A DNA stretch of 64,000 bases from the NCBI RefSeq assembly GCF_000315625.1, contig NW_005434642.1, positions 485,869 through 549,868 of the forward strand, read 5' to 3'. This DNA comes from Guillardia theta CCMP2712. Lineage: Eukaryota > Protista > Cryptophyta. Every line of letters begins with the position of its first letter. Within the stretch, counting starts at the first letter, position 1. Below are positions 50,683 through 61,703 of this stretch, piece after piece. The notes under the pieces were generated by a model. The model made no database searches and had not been told where the DNA came from. It saw nothing but the letters and a program-made list of their open reading frames with translations. The position numbers and the translations under genes were made by a program.

Positions 50683-51902
50683 CTTGGATCAGTTGGGCAG
50701 GGGAGAAGGAGGGTCATGGTATGATATTTTATAAGTAAGAGACTAAGTAAAAATGAAGAAGTCTTGTACTGATACTGATATCAGCGATTCGAAGGAGGCT
50801 ACCCAAGTATTATGAAGAGATCAGCGCCGTATGAGGATCAAAGTTCAAGGGTAGAGGGATATGAATATTTATTAGGATGATACTTATGAAATTGACGAGG
50901 TAGGGGGGTCAGGGTCAGTCACTTGAGCCTGCCGTTCGTCGAATCTCAACAGCTGGATGTTGGAAGAGCTACCCAAGAAGTGGGTGGGGTACTTCATGGC
51001 AGGTGGTGGTGGAGGGGAAAAAGGGGGTAGAGGATAGAAAAGTAGGGGTACATATAAAAATAATGAAAAAATGATCGGAAATAAGGGGTATTGAATTATG
51101 ATAATAAGGGGTGTAAGTATTTTATAAGGGGTTCGAAAGTCAAACTAGGGGTGGGGTCCGATATCTCGTGTGGGTTGTTTGTGGGTGAGATACTGGGGGG
51201 TGGGGTGGGAAATTTCATTTCAATGGCAAGGGGAACATTCGGGGAAATGAAAGAGGAAAGGTGAAGAAAGAGGGGAGAATGGAGGTAGACGAGAAGATCG
51301 AGGGACAAGAATGGGGAGAGAACAAACAAGATACATCGAACAAGAGGATGGAAGGCGGAGAATGTGCCAAGTGTTGTTCAAACTGAGCAAGGAAAGTTTG
51401 GCATAAATTGGACATCCGCAATATTCTTATTTTAGAAGCAGGGTCAAGCATGAGACTAGTAGTAGGATTGAAGGGCAATGACGCATTGACCGCTAGACAA
51501 GTGCCGGCACGGATGATGATCATTGCAAGTCAATATGTGAAGGGATGTAGTTAGACTCAATGCCACGGTGTCGGGATGGGATTCAAAGTTGCTATCCGAA
51601 GATGTAGGAAAGTTGGACGAGGTTATCAACGCGTGTGAGATGAAAACACATATAAAAGAAAACCACAACCATGGTTCTATTCCTGCAAAGCCAATGAATG
51701 TTCGAATTAAAACAGCATAGAAGTTAGAGTCAGGTAGAGAATTGGAAACCAAGGCGCAGGGAGATGTCAATATCACGATTTGATGGGGAAGGAGAAGAGT
51801 TAAAAACATATTGCAAGATTGAGAAATAATGCGAACGTCAGGGTGGTTGTGATACAAATGTTTGATTGGAACAGGAGGAGGGGCTGCCGAATGGTGGTAC
51901 AC

Positions 51903-52515
51903 ATGACGGCGGCACCGAGGGGATGCGGTAGAGATCTCTACATCTTCATGAGACCCGAGGTGACGCAGGGAAAGGTAGAGGACAAGAACAAGTTGTGATG
52001 TGCTCTGACGTCTCCTCAGACGCTCATGTCCAGGAGCGACGGATCGGGGCGGAGCAGAGCGATAATGAACCGAGACATGCTGATGTAAGCGTTGCCGGCC
52101 GCCGCGCCTCCACTAACCTGCTGCAGTGTGGAATCGGAGAAGAGGAGGAGGCAGAAGACGCTCAGTGACAGACTCTCCACTCCGAGCCCCAGACAGTGAG
52201 TCCAAGGACGAGAGGGCTTCCATTCATTCCATATGCTCATCGCTGGCTGGCTGCAGGCTCCGAGTAGCGTATGAGCGCAACGTGCAGTCGGCAAGGTCCT
52301 CTCTGTACCACCTGCGGGTGACGCCCCGCCGTTCCTCCTCCCTCCTCCTCACGCTGCTGCAGATGGGAACGCCCTTCTCTCCGGGACAGACGCTGCAGGA
52401 GCGCGACCGGCACATCAGGCAGCGACATGCCGAGTGGATGGTCCAGTCAAGGAACCGAAGCCCATCCGCCTCCGTCAAGTCGAGGAGCCACGTCCTCTCC
52501 CCTATGACCGTTTAG
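51903..52515 (+). CDS. Small hypothetical multi-exon protein
   Basis: Short exons with GT-AG introns: SVESEKRRRQKTLSDRL, LRVAYERNVQSARSSLYHLR, MGTPFSPGQTLQERDRHIRQRHAEW. Start uncertain. Confidence 0.45.
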
Positions 52516-52741
52516 CCTCCAGTGAGCGAAAAGCGATTCAGGTCCAGTTGCTCCTGCAACGAGTGCTTGTCGCTTGTAAGTTTGAATCATTATTGTTTGT
52601 ACCTCCCAAGAGCAGCAAAAGATCCTACGATCCGATTGATGACTTCCTTCCACAGCAAAATGATTCTTTCTTGCGAAACGACTTGCAAAGGAATCAATGC
52701 ACTTTAGTACACTCCACACCGAGCAGAAAGGCTCTTGGCTC

Positions 52742-54316
52742 CTACCCTGGGCTGTTCGCATTGGCACAAGCTCTTCGTGCTGAAGCAAGACTTGCAAACA
52801 CTGGTTGCATTTGACGGTAGATTTGATTGTAGCAGGCGTACATCTCTTGGTACACCTTTTTCCTGCCATGATCGCAAGTGAACGTGTCAGCAACCTCAGT
52901 GCATTCTTCTTCCATCGTCTTGCCCATGGCGCTCCTCGCCAGCATCGCAGCCCCTCGCGTGCCAACCTGCTGGGGATCTGCCACGACCTCAACGTCTCGT
53001 CCCAGCACGTCCGCCATGATCTGCATCAGCAGCCGGCTTCTCGTCCCTCCGCCCACGGCCCGCACGCTCCTCTCGTCGTCGAGCTCGAGGGTGTCGCTGA
53101 GGCTCTTGTAGGAGTAGCACACCCCCTCCATGACGGCGCGGCAGAGGTGAGCTGTGGTCGTGCTGGGCGAGATCCCGATGAAGCAAGCTCTTGCGTTCTC
53201 GTCTGTGAATGGAGATCGCTCCCCCGCTAGCCAAGGACAGAAGATCAAGCCGTTTGCTCCTGGGCCCACACTCGCACCGGCCTGTTCCATCAGGAGATAC
53301 GCTTCGTCCTTGCTGTGCCCAGCGAAGAAATTCCTCCTGAGCCACTCCAAGTTAGCGCCTGCTTGCATGCAACTTGCCGCCGAGATCATCAGCTTCGGCT
53401 CACACGGATGGGCCAGGTGGAACAACCCGGCGCCTCCTCCGCGCCTGGTGCGCTCTTTGCTGCATGCGATCCACCCGCTCGTTCCCATGTACATGTAGCT
53501 CCTTCCCAGCACGCCGGCACCAGCTCCGATCGTCGTCGATCCAGCATCTCCACTGCCGTGAACGACGGGGATGCCGGCGACCAAGCCGAGCTCCTCAGCA
53601 GCAGCAGGCGAGAGGCTGCCTGTCCTCTCATTGCCATGAACCAACTTCGGCAAGCATGGAACAGCTGAGGCGAGGAATCTTGAGATCAAGTCCACGTGGA
53701 ATTCTTGATGATCGTCAGTCAGCAGGCCGGTAGTCGATGCCGTCACGAAGTCAGACACGCCTTCGCCGCAGAGCTTGAGAGTGACAAAGTCATGCGCTCC
53801 CAACAGAATGGTAGCCGTTTGATCGACGACCTCCCTCTCATGCTTTGAAACCCACAGGAGCTTCGGAAGTAACGAACAAGCGCCCTTCCAGTTTCCTGTC
53901 TCGCGTACCAACGCCTCTCTCCCATATTCCTCCTCGACAAACCTTGCTTCTTCTGAAGCGCGGGTGTCGTTGTACAGGATAGCGTTCCTCAGAGCATGGC
54001 CGTGCTTGTCCAGCAGGATCAAGTTCTGCATCTGCCCTGTCAACGCCACGCATGTAACTGACTTGCCGTGCTGTGAGAATTCAGGTCGTCGAGCACAGTC
54101 CTTCAACGCCTGCCACCAGTCCATCGCCTGCTGCTCCTCCCATCCACCGGGACAAGACATGGAGCCATGCTCATACCCGCTCTCAGCTTGAAACACTATT
54201 CCTCCTCCCAGCGCCTCCTGTCTCGTCTCCCTTCCGTGCTCACTTTCCATGTTGCTGTCATCCTGCAGAACTTGAAGCTTCAGTGATGAAGTCCCAACGT
54301 CTATGCAGAGAAGCAT
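52742..54316 (-). CDS. xylB: Xylulokinase-like FGGY carbohydrate kinase, intronless coding region
   Basis: CIDVGTSSLK, ALTGQMQ, AILYNDTRA, LPKLLWV, ASTTGL, GSGD, MGTSG, PWLAGERSP, RAVMEGV and VGGGTRS. Confidence 0.88.
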   Translation of the reverse strand: MLLCIDVGTSSLKLQVLQDDSNMESEHGRETRQEALGGGIVFQAESGYEHGSMSCPGGWEEQQAMDWWQALKDCARRPEFSQHGKSVTCVALTGQMQNLILLDKHGHALRNAILYNDTRASEEARFVEEEYGREALVRETGNWKGACSLLPKLLWVSKHEREVVDQTATILLGAHDFVTLKLCGEGVSDFVTASTTGLLTDDHQEFHVDLISRFLASAVPCLPKLVHGNERTGSLSPAAAEELGLVAGIPVVHGSGDAGSTTIGAGAGVLGRSYMYMGTSGWIACSKERTRRGGGAGLFHLAHPCEPKLMISAASCMQAGANLEWLRRNFFAGHSKDEAYLLMEQAGASVGPGANGLIFCPWLAGERSPFTDENARACFIGISPSTTTAHLCRAVMEGVCYSYKSLSDTLELDDERSVRAVGGGTRSRLLMQIMADVLGRDVEVVADPQQVGTRGAAMLARSAMGKTMEEECTEVADTFTCDHGRKKVYQEMYACYNQIYRQMQPVFASLASARRACANANSPG

Positions 54317-54469
54317 GCGAGAGCGCACGAGATAGATGGAGCACCTGTAAGTTCATTCCATGTCATTGTCATCTTCTTGCAAAGACCCCTCCCCCCCCCC
54401 CTCCTCATCGTCTCTCCTCGTTCTCTTCTTGTCTCCCCCCTCCTTGTCTCTCCTTGTCTATCTTCGTCG

Positions 54470-54550
54470 CTCCTCCTCTCTCCTCGTTCTCTCCTCGTTC
54501 TCTCCTCGTTCTCTCCTCGTGCTCTCCTCGTTCTCTCCTCGTTCTCTCCT
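54470..54550. repeat. 11-bp tandem repeat CTCGTTCTCTC
   Basis: About 6-7 near-identical units. Confidence 0.85.
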
Positions 54551-55125
54551 CCTCTCTCCCGTCTCTCCCATCATCCTTGTACTGATTATTCTTTGTTTGC
54601 TCCGGTTTGCCCTTCTTTTTCAGTCAATAAAGAGGATTATTACCTCCCCCCCTCCCCCGACGACACTATTCATGAGAGAGGGCAGAAATGTACATATAGC
54701 CCTTTAATTAGTAGAAGTCACTTTGTAACGGAAGGGCAGAAAGCCGACCTCCGAAGAGGCAATCCAAAAACGAGCAGCAAATGCATACAGGAAGGGAGGG
54801 TCGAGGGGAGGAGGGACGAGGAAGGGAGGGAGGGCAGAGGGGAGAAGAAGAAGGGATCAGAGACTTCGTAAAGATTGGACAAGAGAGGTGGGGAGGGAGG
54901 GAAAGGGGAGGAGCCAGGAGAGATGGTCTTACGTATATTGTGAGGCAAGTTTTCCATGTACTTGTAGGCGGAAGTCACATGATACCGAAGAGAGGTTTTG
55001 AGAACTGACGATCTGAAACATCATTGCAAGTTTTCTCAGAGGGCTTGCTCTTTCACTCCCGCATGCTCATGGTTGAACGTCTTATGCAGGTGGCTTAAAA
55101 CCAAGACAGGAGGGCCGTACAAAAA

Positions 55126-57598
55126 ATGGCGAAGGGGTCACAGGTGACACATTCAGCTCTGCTGGCGGGTCTGCACTCATGTCGCGTGTTCGTTGGCCAG
55201 GCTCAGCAGCTTCGCAAGTATGCGCCTGCTGTGATTGCTTGCGCTCTTGTCGTCCTCCTTGTCGTTGAAAGGTAACAAGGTGCGAATGAGCGCGACAAGG
55301 TTAACTGGTTCAACAGGAGCAGCAGCTACCGGTCCAGTCTGGTCTCGCTCGCTGATCCTTCAGACTCGCAGTTTGAGGTCCAGCAGTCTTTCAGCGCAGG
55401 AGGAGAGTGACTTTTGTCTCAGGACCCCCAGCTGAATCAGATCTACAATCAAGCCCTCCGCGAGTCCCTTCGTGACTCTAAGGTGAACGCACAGGCTCAA
55501 CAACGCCCAGCTCTTGACCAGCTTGGTAGGAGATCAGCAGAGGCTTCGAGTGGAAGCACTTGAAGAATTCCGCCAGCCAACCAGCAGAAGCTCCGAAACA
55601 GCAACAACTGCAGGTAAACCGTTCCCCGGCCCCCGGTACCAAGTCAGAGGATGTGAAGGCCCCAGCTGTGAAGAAGAGCGAGGAGACCAAGGAGGATGAG
55701 AGATTGTCCTCTGGTCAGGCCAGGAGCGACCTCAGCGCTTTCTTCACGCATATGGAGAAAAGTCATAGTGACTCAGCACCTCATGAGCACGTGGAGTTGA
55801 AGAAAGCTCCTGCGGTGAAAGGCCTGTCTGAGTCCACCAAGGTGCGTCCCAAGCGAAGAAAGAGGGGAAGATAGCACGCAGCTCCTTCTTTTTTCAAACA
55901 CATCGGAAGCATCCTAGTGACGAGCTTTGACAGAGGGAGCTACAAGCACTGATGGGGGAGAAGCAGAAGGCCAAGCTCATGAATCAGGTTTGTCTTGATG
56001 TGTTGCCGTCGTCAAGGTGATGTTATTTCAGGTCAAGCAGCAGAAACATGACATTCGGATCCTTGAGCACATGGTAGGCTGGAGGGGATGAGGGCCGGGT
56101 GCGTGTGATAGTCTCACTGTCGAGCAGCTTGTCGACTCCCTTGCTGCAAAGTCGAACCCCGTAGAGCCGAAAGCTACTGAGACGAAGAGATCGCGCCATG
56201 CCGATGACCAGCAGGACCAGGAGAAGAGTGCGGAGAAAGCTTTTGCAAACATCTTGGCGGCGGCAGCGGCTAACGAACGGCCGAAAGCTACTGAGATGAG
56301 ATCCCGTCCAGTAAAGGACAAGCAAGACAAGGAGAGGAGTGCGGAAAAAGCTTTTGCAAACATCTTGGCGGCGGCGGCAGCCAGCGAATTGTCACATGCT
56401 GCTAGGGAGGTGAGGGAAAACAAATGGGTCGCATGCGTACTGAATGAGGTCCTTCGTAGAAGAAGAGCTCCAAGTCGAGGTCACCAAAGAGATGGGAGGT
56501 CGAAGGATACATGGATGCGGACGAAGGAGGAAGTCAGTTGGCATCGTTTGCACTTCCGGCTCCTCCTGTACCAGCTCCCGACCTCCGTATGCTTCTCACT
56601 CCATTCAGCAGGCTGCCAAGTGTCCTCCCTGTGGCTTTCTTCCTGACTGTCAGGTGAGGAGGAGGAGGAGGAGTGTCGTCTCGATTGATGACACAGTTCC
56701 TACCTCAGGTCAACCCTGCTGCAGTTGGAAGGTCACGAGCAACCGGGATGTTCAATGCATATCCCTGTAAGACTTCCTTGCTCGCAGCTTTGACCTGACG
56801 CGCGTGCAGCCATGCCCCAGTCCAACCCTGTGTGGGGCAGCGGCGGTGCTCACTTGAGCACGCTTGCCTTGTCATCGGGAGGAATCAATCAGGATGTGAA
56901 ACCTCTTTGGAACAAGCTCGGCGATATCTTCCGGCCCGCAGCAAGAAAGCTCCTCAGCAAGGTGGCGCCTCCTGCTAACAATCATCCTTGACCTGGCGGG
57001 CAGGAGCCTGTAGAGGATGAGGAAGGAGGATCAACGCGGGTAGAGGAGTTGGCGTCCTTCGCCCTTCCTGCTGCTCCTCAGTAAGCGACACGTCACTCTT
57101 ATCCCCCACGCTCACTGGCTGCTGCAGGGCGTCGCCTCCTCCCAAGTGTGTCTGTCCTGCGTGCAAGCTGGGGGACGAGAGGGTGCGACGTTCTTGTGCC
57201 AGTGGCTGTTGTAACAAGACGGTGACAGATTGGGTTCGAGGATGAGAAGCACTCCAAGAGCGATGTTTCGCAGGAAGAGCTTGTCGGGCTGATCGGTTCT
57301 CTTCATCCTTCCCCTCGTCGGCTCTGATGCTGCCTGCAGATGACGAGCTCATGAAGCTCGACCCCCAGTACGCCGCGAAGAGGATGGAGTTCAACGGAGC
57401 CAAGGTCTGCTGAAGCTCCCTACAACCTCCCCGTGCTCAACCTGGCTCCAGGACTCCCTTCTTACCAGCACGCAAGGATGGTGGCCGGCCGGCCGAGCTA
57501 ATCCCTTCAGCGATTTCTCAGGAGCACAAGAACCCTACGGGAATGAGGTGAAGGAGCCGGAGGTGCGCTAGAGCAGCTGACTAGCGTCCAGGTGGTGA
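55126..57598 (+). CDS. Hypothetical multi-exon protein(s) with N-terminal membrane anchor and an internal repeat
   Basis: KYAPAVIACALVVLLVVE anchor, many short GT-AG introns, duplicated E(K/R)SAEKAFANILAAAAA segment. May be more than one gene. Confidence 0.55.
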
Positions 57599-57894
57599 AG
57601 AAACGCGCCACTGTCTGGTGATTCCACGAGACTCTTGAGACTTTCAACGGGAAGATGTACGCCAGAGATGATGTTTGCATGTTTGCAGAGTTGTATCATC
57701 TCCGATCAGATGGTTCTCAGTGCCAGTGTCTCGATCAGTCTAGGAGATTTCGCTTGCAGCGTAGGCGGTACGTCCCGGTAGAACAAACTTCGAAATTTCG
57801 GAAACTTTAGACGCTCAACTCATTGCTCTCTAAGGCTCTGATGATGATCACCGATTGTGTCATGCGGTCTCAAGAGTTGTAGTCAGTCCCTCAG

Positions 57895-58010
57895 CAATTG
57901 TCCCGACAGACGGCCCGGCCCCGGCGGCCAGTCCGATCCCGGCGAGTCCGCCGAGCCGCCGCGTGATTCACTGCCGATGATCACGGCGGTGCCGCTGAGT
58001 GAGTTTTAGT
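57895..58010. promoter_or_regulatory. Short GC island upstream of the 58300 gene
   Basis: CGGCCCGGCCCCGGCGGCC and GAGTCCG words. Confidence 0.35.
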
Positions 58011-58299
58011 CATTTGCTAGTGCATGAGGGGGATGATGAGATACAAATCGGGAGGGAAACCCGGAAGGAGGGGAAGAGGACGGAGCAAGCATGGGAGAGG
58101 AGAAGAGAGGAGGAGGAGGATGGGCAGACATGGGGAAGGAGGAGGAGCCTTGACCTGGGATAACATGCTACAGCGAGGAGGAGGACACCTTCAAGGTGGT
58201 TCATGAGCATGCTCCTCTTATCTCATGCTGAGACAAGAGGTCTGGTGATGGTGCGGAGACTCGCAGCCATTCTAGTGTGAAGCGCGGGACGTGTTGCCG

Positions 58300-59316
58300 A
58301 TGCCCATAATCGAGATCCTCCTCTTCGGTGTTGGGGTGGCAGTGGGAGGAAGGAGGGCTCTACAAAAGTTTCGCGGAGAAGATGGCGAGGAAACCACCGC
58401 CATGTCGGCGCCGGTGTCGCCATGTGCTTCTCCTCGGCAGCAGCATGACAGGCAGAGGGATAGAAGTGACTTCCAGAACCTGATTGACGATGCTCGCGAT
58501 ACCTTAGCGCTCCTCTCTCCCCGGCTCGTGGACAACTCTTCCTATCCTCCTCGACACGATTGGGATGCCTCAGATGCGGGAAGCGCCGGGGGAGCAGGTC
58601 AGCTAGAGGGAGAGGATAGCATAGATAGGAACTGGAGCTCGTGGATCTCGAGGATCGTCGGGAACAACGATTCTTCTCACTCTGTCGATGCGTTCGGTCA
58701 AGCAAACAACTGGTCGATCCGGGACGGAATTATCAACCTGGCCGGGGATAACAAGGTTCATGCTCACAAGCAGGAGGCCCTTGAGGACCGCAAGAGTTGG
58801 GACCCATGTAGAACCCCCAGGTCGAGTGCGCTAAGGAAAGGATGGGACTCTCCCTCTCCCTCTCCCCGAGCTCTCCCTCAGCTGCCTGGCCGTCACGTTC
58901 GTTTCCACCCCAAGCCAAAATTGGAGGAGGTGCACAAGATTGAGCATTCGCCAGAGGAGCTTTCCTCCCGCAGGAACCACTGGAATCGCATCCTCAAGGC
59001 AGCTGAACGAGATGCCTACGATGCCTACTTGTCGAGCGGGAAGCACAGAAGGAAAACAGAAGCAGACAGGCTGACTTCTCCCTCTGAGATCCACGTCCTT
59101 TATCAGGACTTGTTGCCTCAGCCTGTCTCATCTTCGACGCGCGAACGACCAGACCTCGCAAGCTCTTGTCCAGCTGGCGGCGAGGAGAAGCAGAATGGAA
59201 AGGATACGTCGCCTGCAGACAAGTGGAAGAAAGCTGCAGGAAACCGCGCCACGGTTCCGGTGAGTTCGACTTACGATTACTTTTGCCTCACTTGCCGTGC
59301 AGATTCCAAAACTTAA
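58300..59316 (+). CDS. Hypothetical single-exon protein (~338 aa) with N-terminal hydrophobic segment
   Basis: Long ORF; MPIIEILLFGVGVAVGG anchor; HVRF (RVxF-like) word. Confidence 0.7.
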   Translation: MPIIEILLFGVGVAVGGRRALQKFRGEDGEETTAMSAPVSPCASPRQQHDRQRDRSDFQNLIDDARDTLALLSPRLVDNSSYPPRHDWDASDAGSAGGAGQLEGEDSIDRNWSSWISRIVGNNDSSHSVDAFGQANNWSIRDGIINLAGDNKVHAHKQEALEDRKSWDPCRTPRSSALRKGWDSPSPSPRALPQLPGRHVRFHPKPKLEEVHKIEHSPEELSSRRNHWNRILKAAERDAYDAYLSSGKHRRKTEADRLTSPSEIHVLYQDLLPQPVSSSTRERPDLASSCPAGGEEKQNGKDTSPADKWKKAAGNRATVPVSSTYDYFCLTCRADSKT

Positions 59317-59771
59317 TCTCGACAAAGTTCGTGTGCAGGAAGACGAGGAAGAATTGGGTCGTAGGAGACTAAGACGATGACGCCTCTATCAACGGCTGCC
59401 GTCCTGTCTGTTACTATTAATTATCAATTTTATGGCATGCTTTCTGTACAGCCCCAGCTCCCCAGCCCCGCCCCGTCCCCCTTCCCCTCATCAGCACCTT
59501 TCGCCCTCAGCTTCGAGGCAGAGAGTCAGCCATGAGAAGGATTCGACGGGTGGGCAAAGAGAGGGCATGGAGGCAACCGGTGCATGTGCGAGACTAAGGT
59601 GACAAGGCAGGGAGAGACGAGATGAGGAAGAGGAGTTGAAGGATGACGACGAAGCGAGAGGAGGAGCAGATGCTTCCCTATATTAACCTAATCTTTGTCG
59701 CAAGTACGTCACTTTACACTGCATCCCTCAGTTCCGGCAAAAGTCTGCCTGGATGAGAAAGCAGGAGGGGT

Positions 59772-60401
59772 TCAGATGATCAGCAGCCTCTTCACGCGTT
59801 TGCAGTAGTCGATGTACTCCTTTCCGAACTTCTTCATCATCCATTCTTCTTCGACAGGCATCACCCAGAGGAACAAGTAGCCGGCCGTCAAGGCTAGGCT
59901 GATTGCACTGTACGCAGAGTCAAGAATGAAGGCAACTGCAGTGCAGGATCCAAGCATGCCGATGTAGATAGGATGACGGAAGAAACCGAAGGGCCCATCC
60001 TTTACAACCAGCTGCGCTACTCCTGCACCATGTGGGACTGGCGTGTGGTACTTGTTCAGGTGTCTGATGGCAGACAGCGCGAAGGACCATGACAAGCACC
60101 ACATTGAAACTCCAGCGAGGTATGTCGACATGGGGGTCATGGAAAAGAGCTCAGATACCTTGACTTGGGGGAGAGACGCTGGAAGGTATCTCAGACTTTC
60201 TCGCGCGACATAACCGAGAATCCAAGACCCCATGGTCAAGAAGGGCGGCTTGATAGGAAGCTGAATGGTCTTTTCTCCGTCATCTTTCTTGAAGTTTGAG
60301 TCCTTGGGTCTTGCCAGGGACATGACCACAAATCGAACGCCTCCGCAGAGGGCGAGAACATGCGCGAGGCCACCGAAGGGAGTGGAAGCTGGAGTCGTCA
60401 T
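59772..60401 (-). CDS. Isoprenylcysteine carboxylmethyltransferase / PEMT family membrane protein
   Basis: LVVKDGPFGFFRHPIYIG and EEEWMMKKFGKEYIDYCKRVKRLL; several TM helices. Confidence 0.88.
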   Translation of the reverse strand: MTTPASTPFGGLAHVLALCGGVRFVVMSLARPKDSNFKKDDGEKTIQLPIKPPFLTMGSWILGYVARESLRYLPASLPQVKVSELFSMTPMSTYLAGVSMWCLSWSFALSAIRHLNKYHTPVPHGAGVAQLVVKDGPFGFFRHPIYIGMLGSCTAVAFILDSAYSAISLALTAGYLFLWVMPVEEEWMMKKFGKEYIDYCKRVKRLLII

Positions 60402-60479
60402 GGAGTGGTTGGTTGCTGAAGTACTCAAGAACCTGCTGCTGCTGCTGTTGCTTGCTCTTGCAAAATTTTTATAAGGAAA

Positions 60480-61470
60480 ATTCGGCGGGGGGGGGCTTTT
60501 AGGTCAGGGGGTACAAATGGGGGGTAGGGGTACTAGGACATAGGGGTCCGTTCATGCTCCGATGAGTTATTGATTACATTGCAAAGGGAGGGTGGGTGAA
60601 AAGTGTTAGAAAAGTACCGGTGGTAAGAACCCATTTTACGTAATCCAGTAGGGGTGCTCGCGTAGAGTGAGGGTGAACACGGGTGGTATAGAGGAGATAT
60701 CCCAGGGCTCGTATAAAGGTGGGGTGGTCGTCCTTGGAGATATAAAGGGAGGCGAGGACAGCAGATATTTCAATTAGCTGAGACGCCTAGGTGACTGTGC
60801 TGTCCTCCCTTTCCCTTAGCCGCAATGAAGGACGTGATCTCCGAGCGGCTCAGTGACTGTACGTGACTCGCACCCGGTCAGGGTTATAAGTAGAGGCTGT
60901 TGGCACGGTCCTCGTACTGATTTTTAACTTAACTTTGAGTAAAGAACCATTGAACCGGCCCGGGAAGAAGAACTTGGCAAGTTGAGTCCGATCATTGAGT
61001 CAATGAGTCACCGTGACGGTGGCAGTGTACTTCCGGTCATTGAACTTCGGCCAACGGTTTGCCACTGTTGAACCGGGCTGGTCGGCCCGGATCGGACCCG
61101 GACGCCAGGCTGAGCTCGGACCGTCGGGCCGGGCGGCTCGCGCTCCCCGGCGGGCCCGGCCCGGACTCGGAGGACTCGGGAGTACCGGCCCGGCCCTGAG
61201 CAGACTGAGCCCGGCCACCCGGCGCGCCGGCCGGGCGCGGCCGGGCCCCGCGCCCGAACTTCCCGAACTTGGGCTGAACTCAGTGACTCGGTTGTTATCT
61301 GAGGGTCCTGACGGAACAAAGAATTTTAGACGGCAGTGAGTCTCTTCTACCCCACCCACCCCCCTACTAGGCTAGCCAGCGCCCGGCAGCTCTCAGCGGC
61401 CGCCGGACTCCTCAGAATGAACCCACCCCCTGAAAATAAGGGCATTGACTCTAGGTACTGGGGGTGGCAG
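60480..61470. promoter_or_regulatory. G-rich block plus GC island with the inverted 37-bp motif, between divergent ICMT and ZIP genes
   Basis: GGGGTA-rich 60480-60730, motif 60907-60943, TGAGTCA at 60996 and 61004, CCGG-rich 61070-61260. Confidence 0.5.
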
Positions 61471-61703
61471 CAAGTTCACTGGATAGAATCCTATCTTTCT
61501 GCCTACCGTACCGGTACAACCGGCTGCTCTCGCTACCAGCGAGCACGACAACAGTCTCCTCCTCCTCCTCCTCCTCCGGCTCCTCTCCCGCTCCATCGTC
61601 TTCACTTCACAACAGATCCAGTGGTAGCGACTGAGAGGTCCCTCACTGGCAGTAGGATACAGCTCTCAGCGCAGACCATCTCCACTAGCTCAACCATCTT
61701 CCA

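Noticed and set aside
51456-51902. 148-aa minus-strand ORF
   Set aside because: AT-richer intergenic-like composition with no motifs or host-like codon usage.
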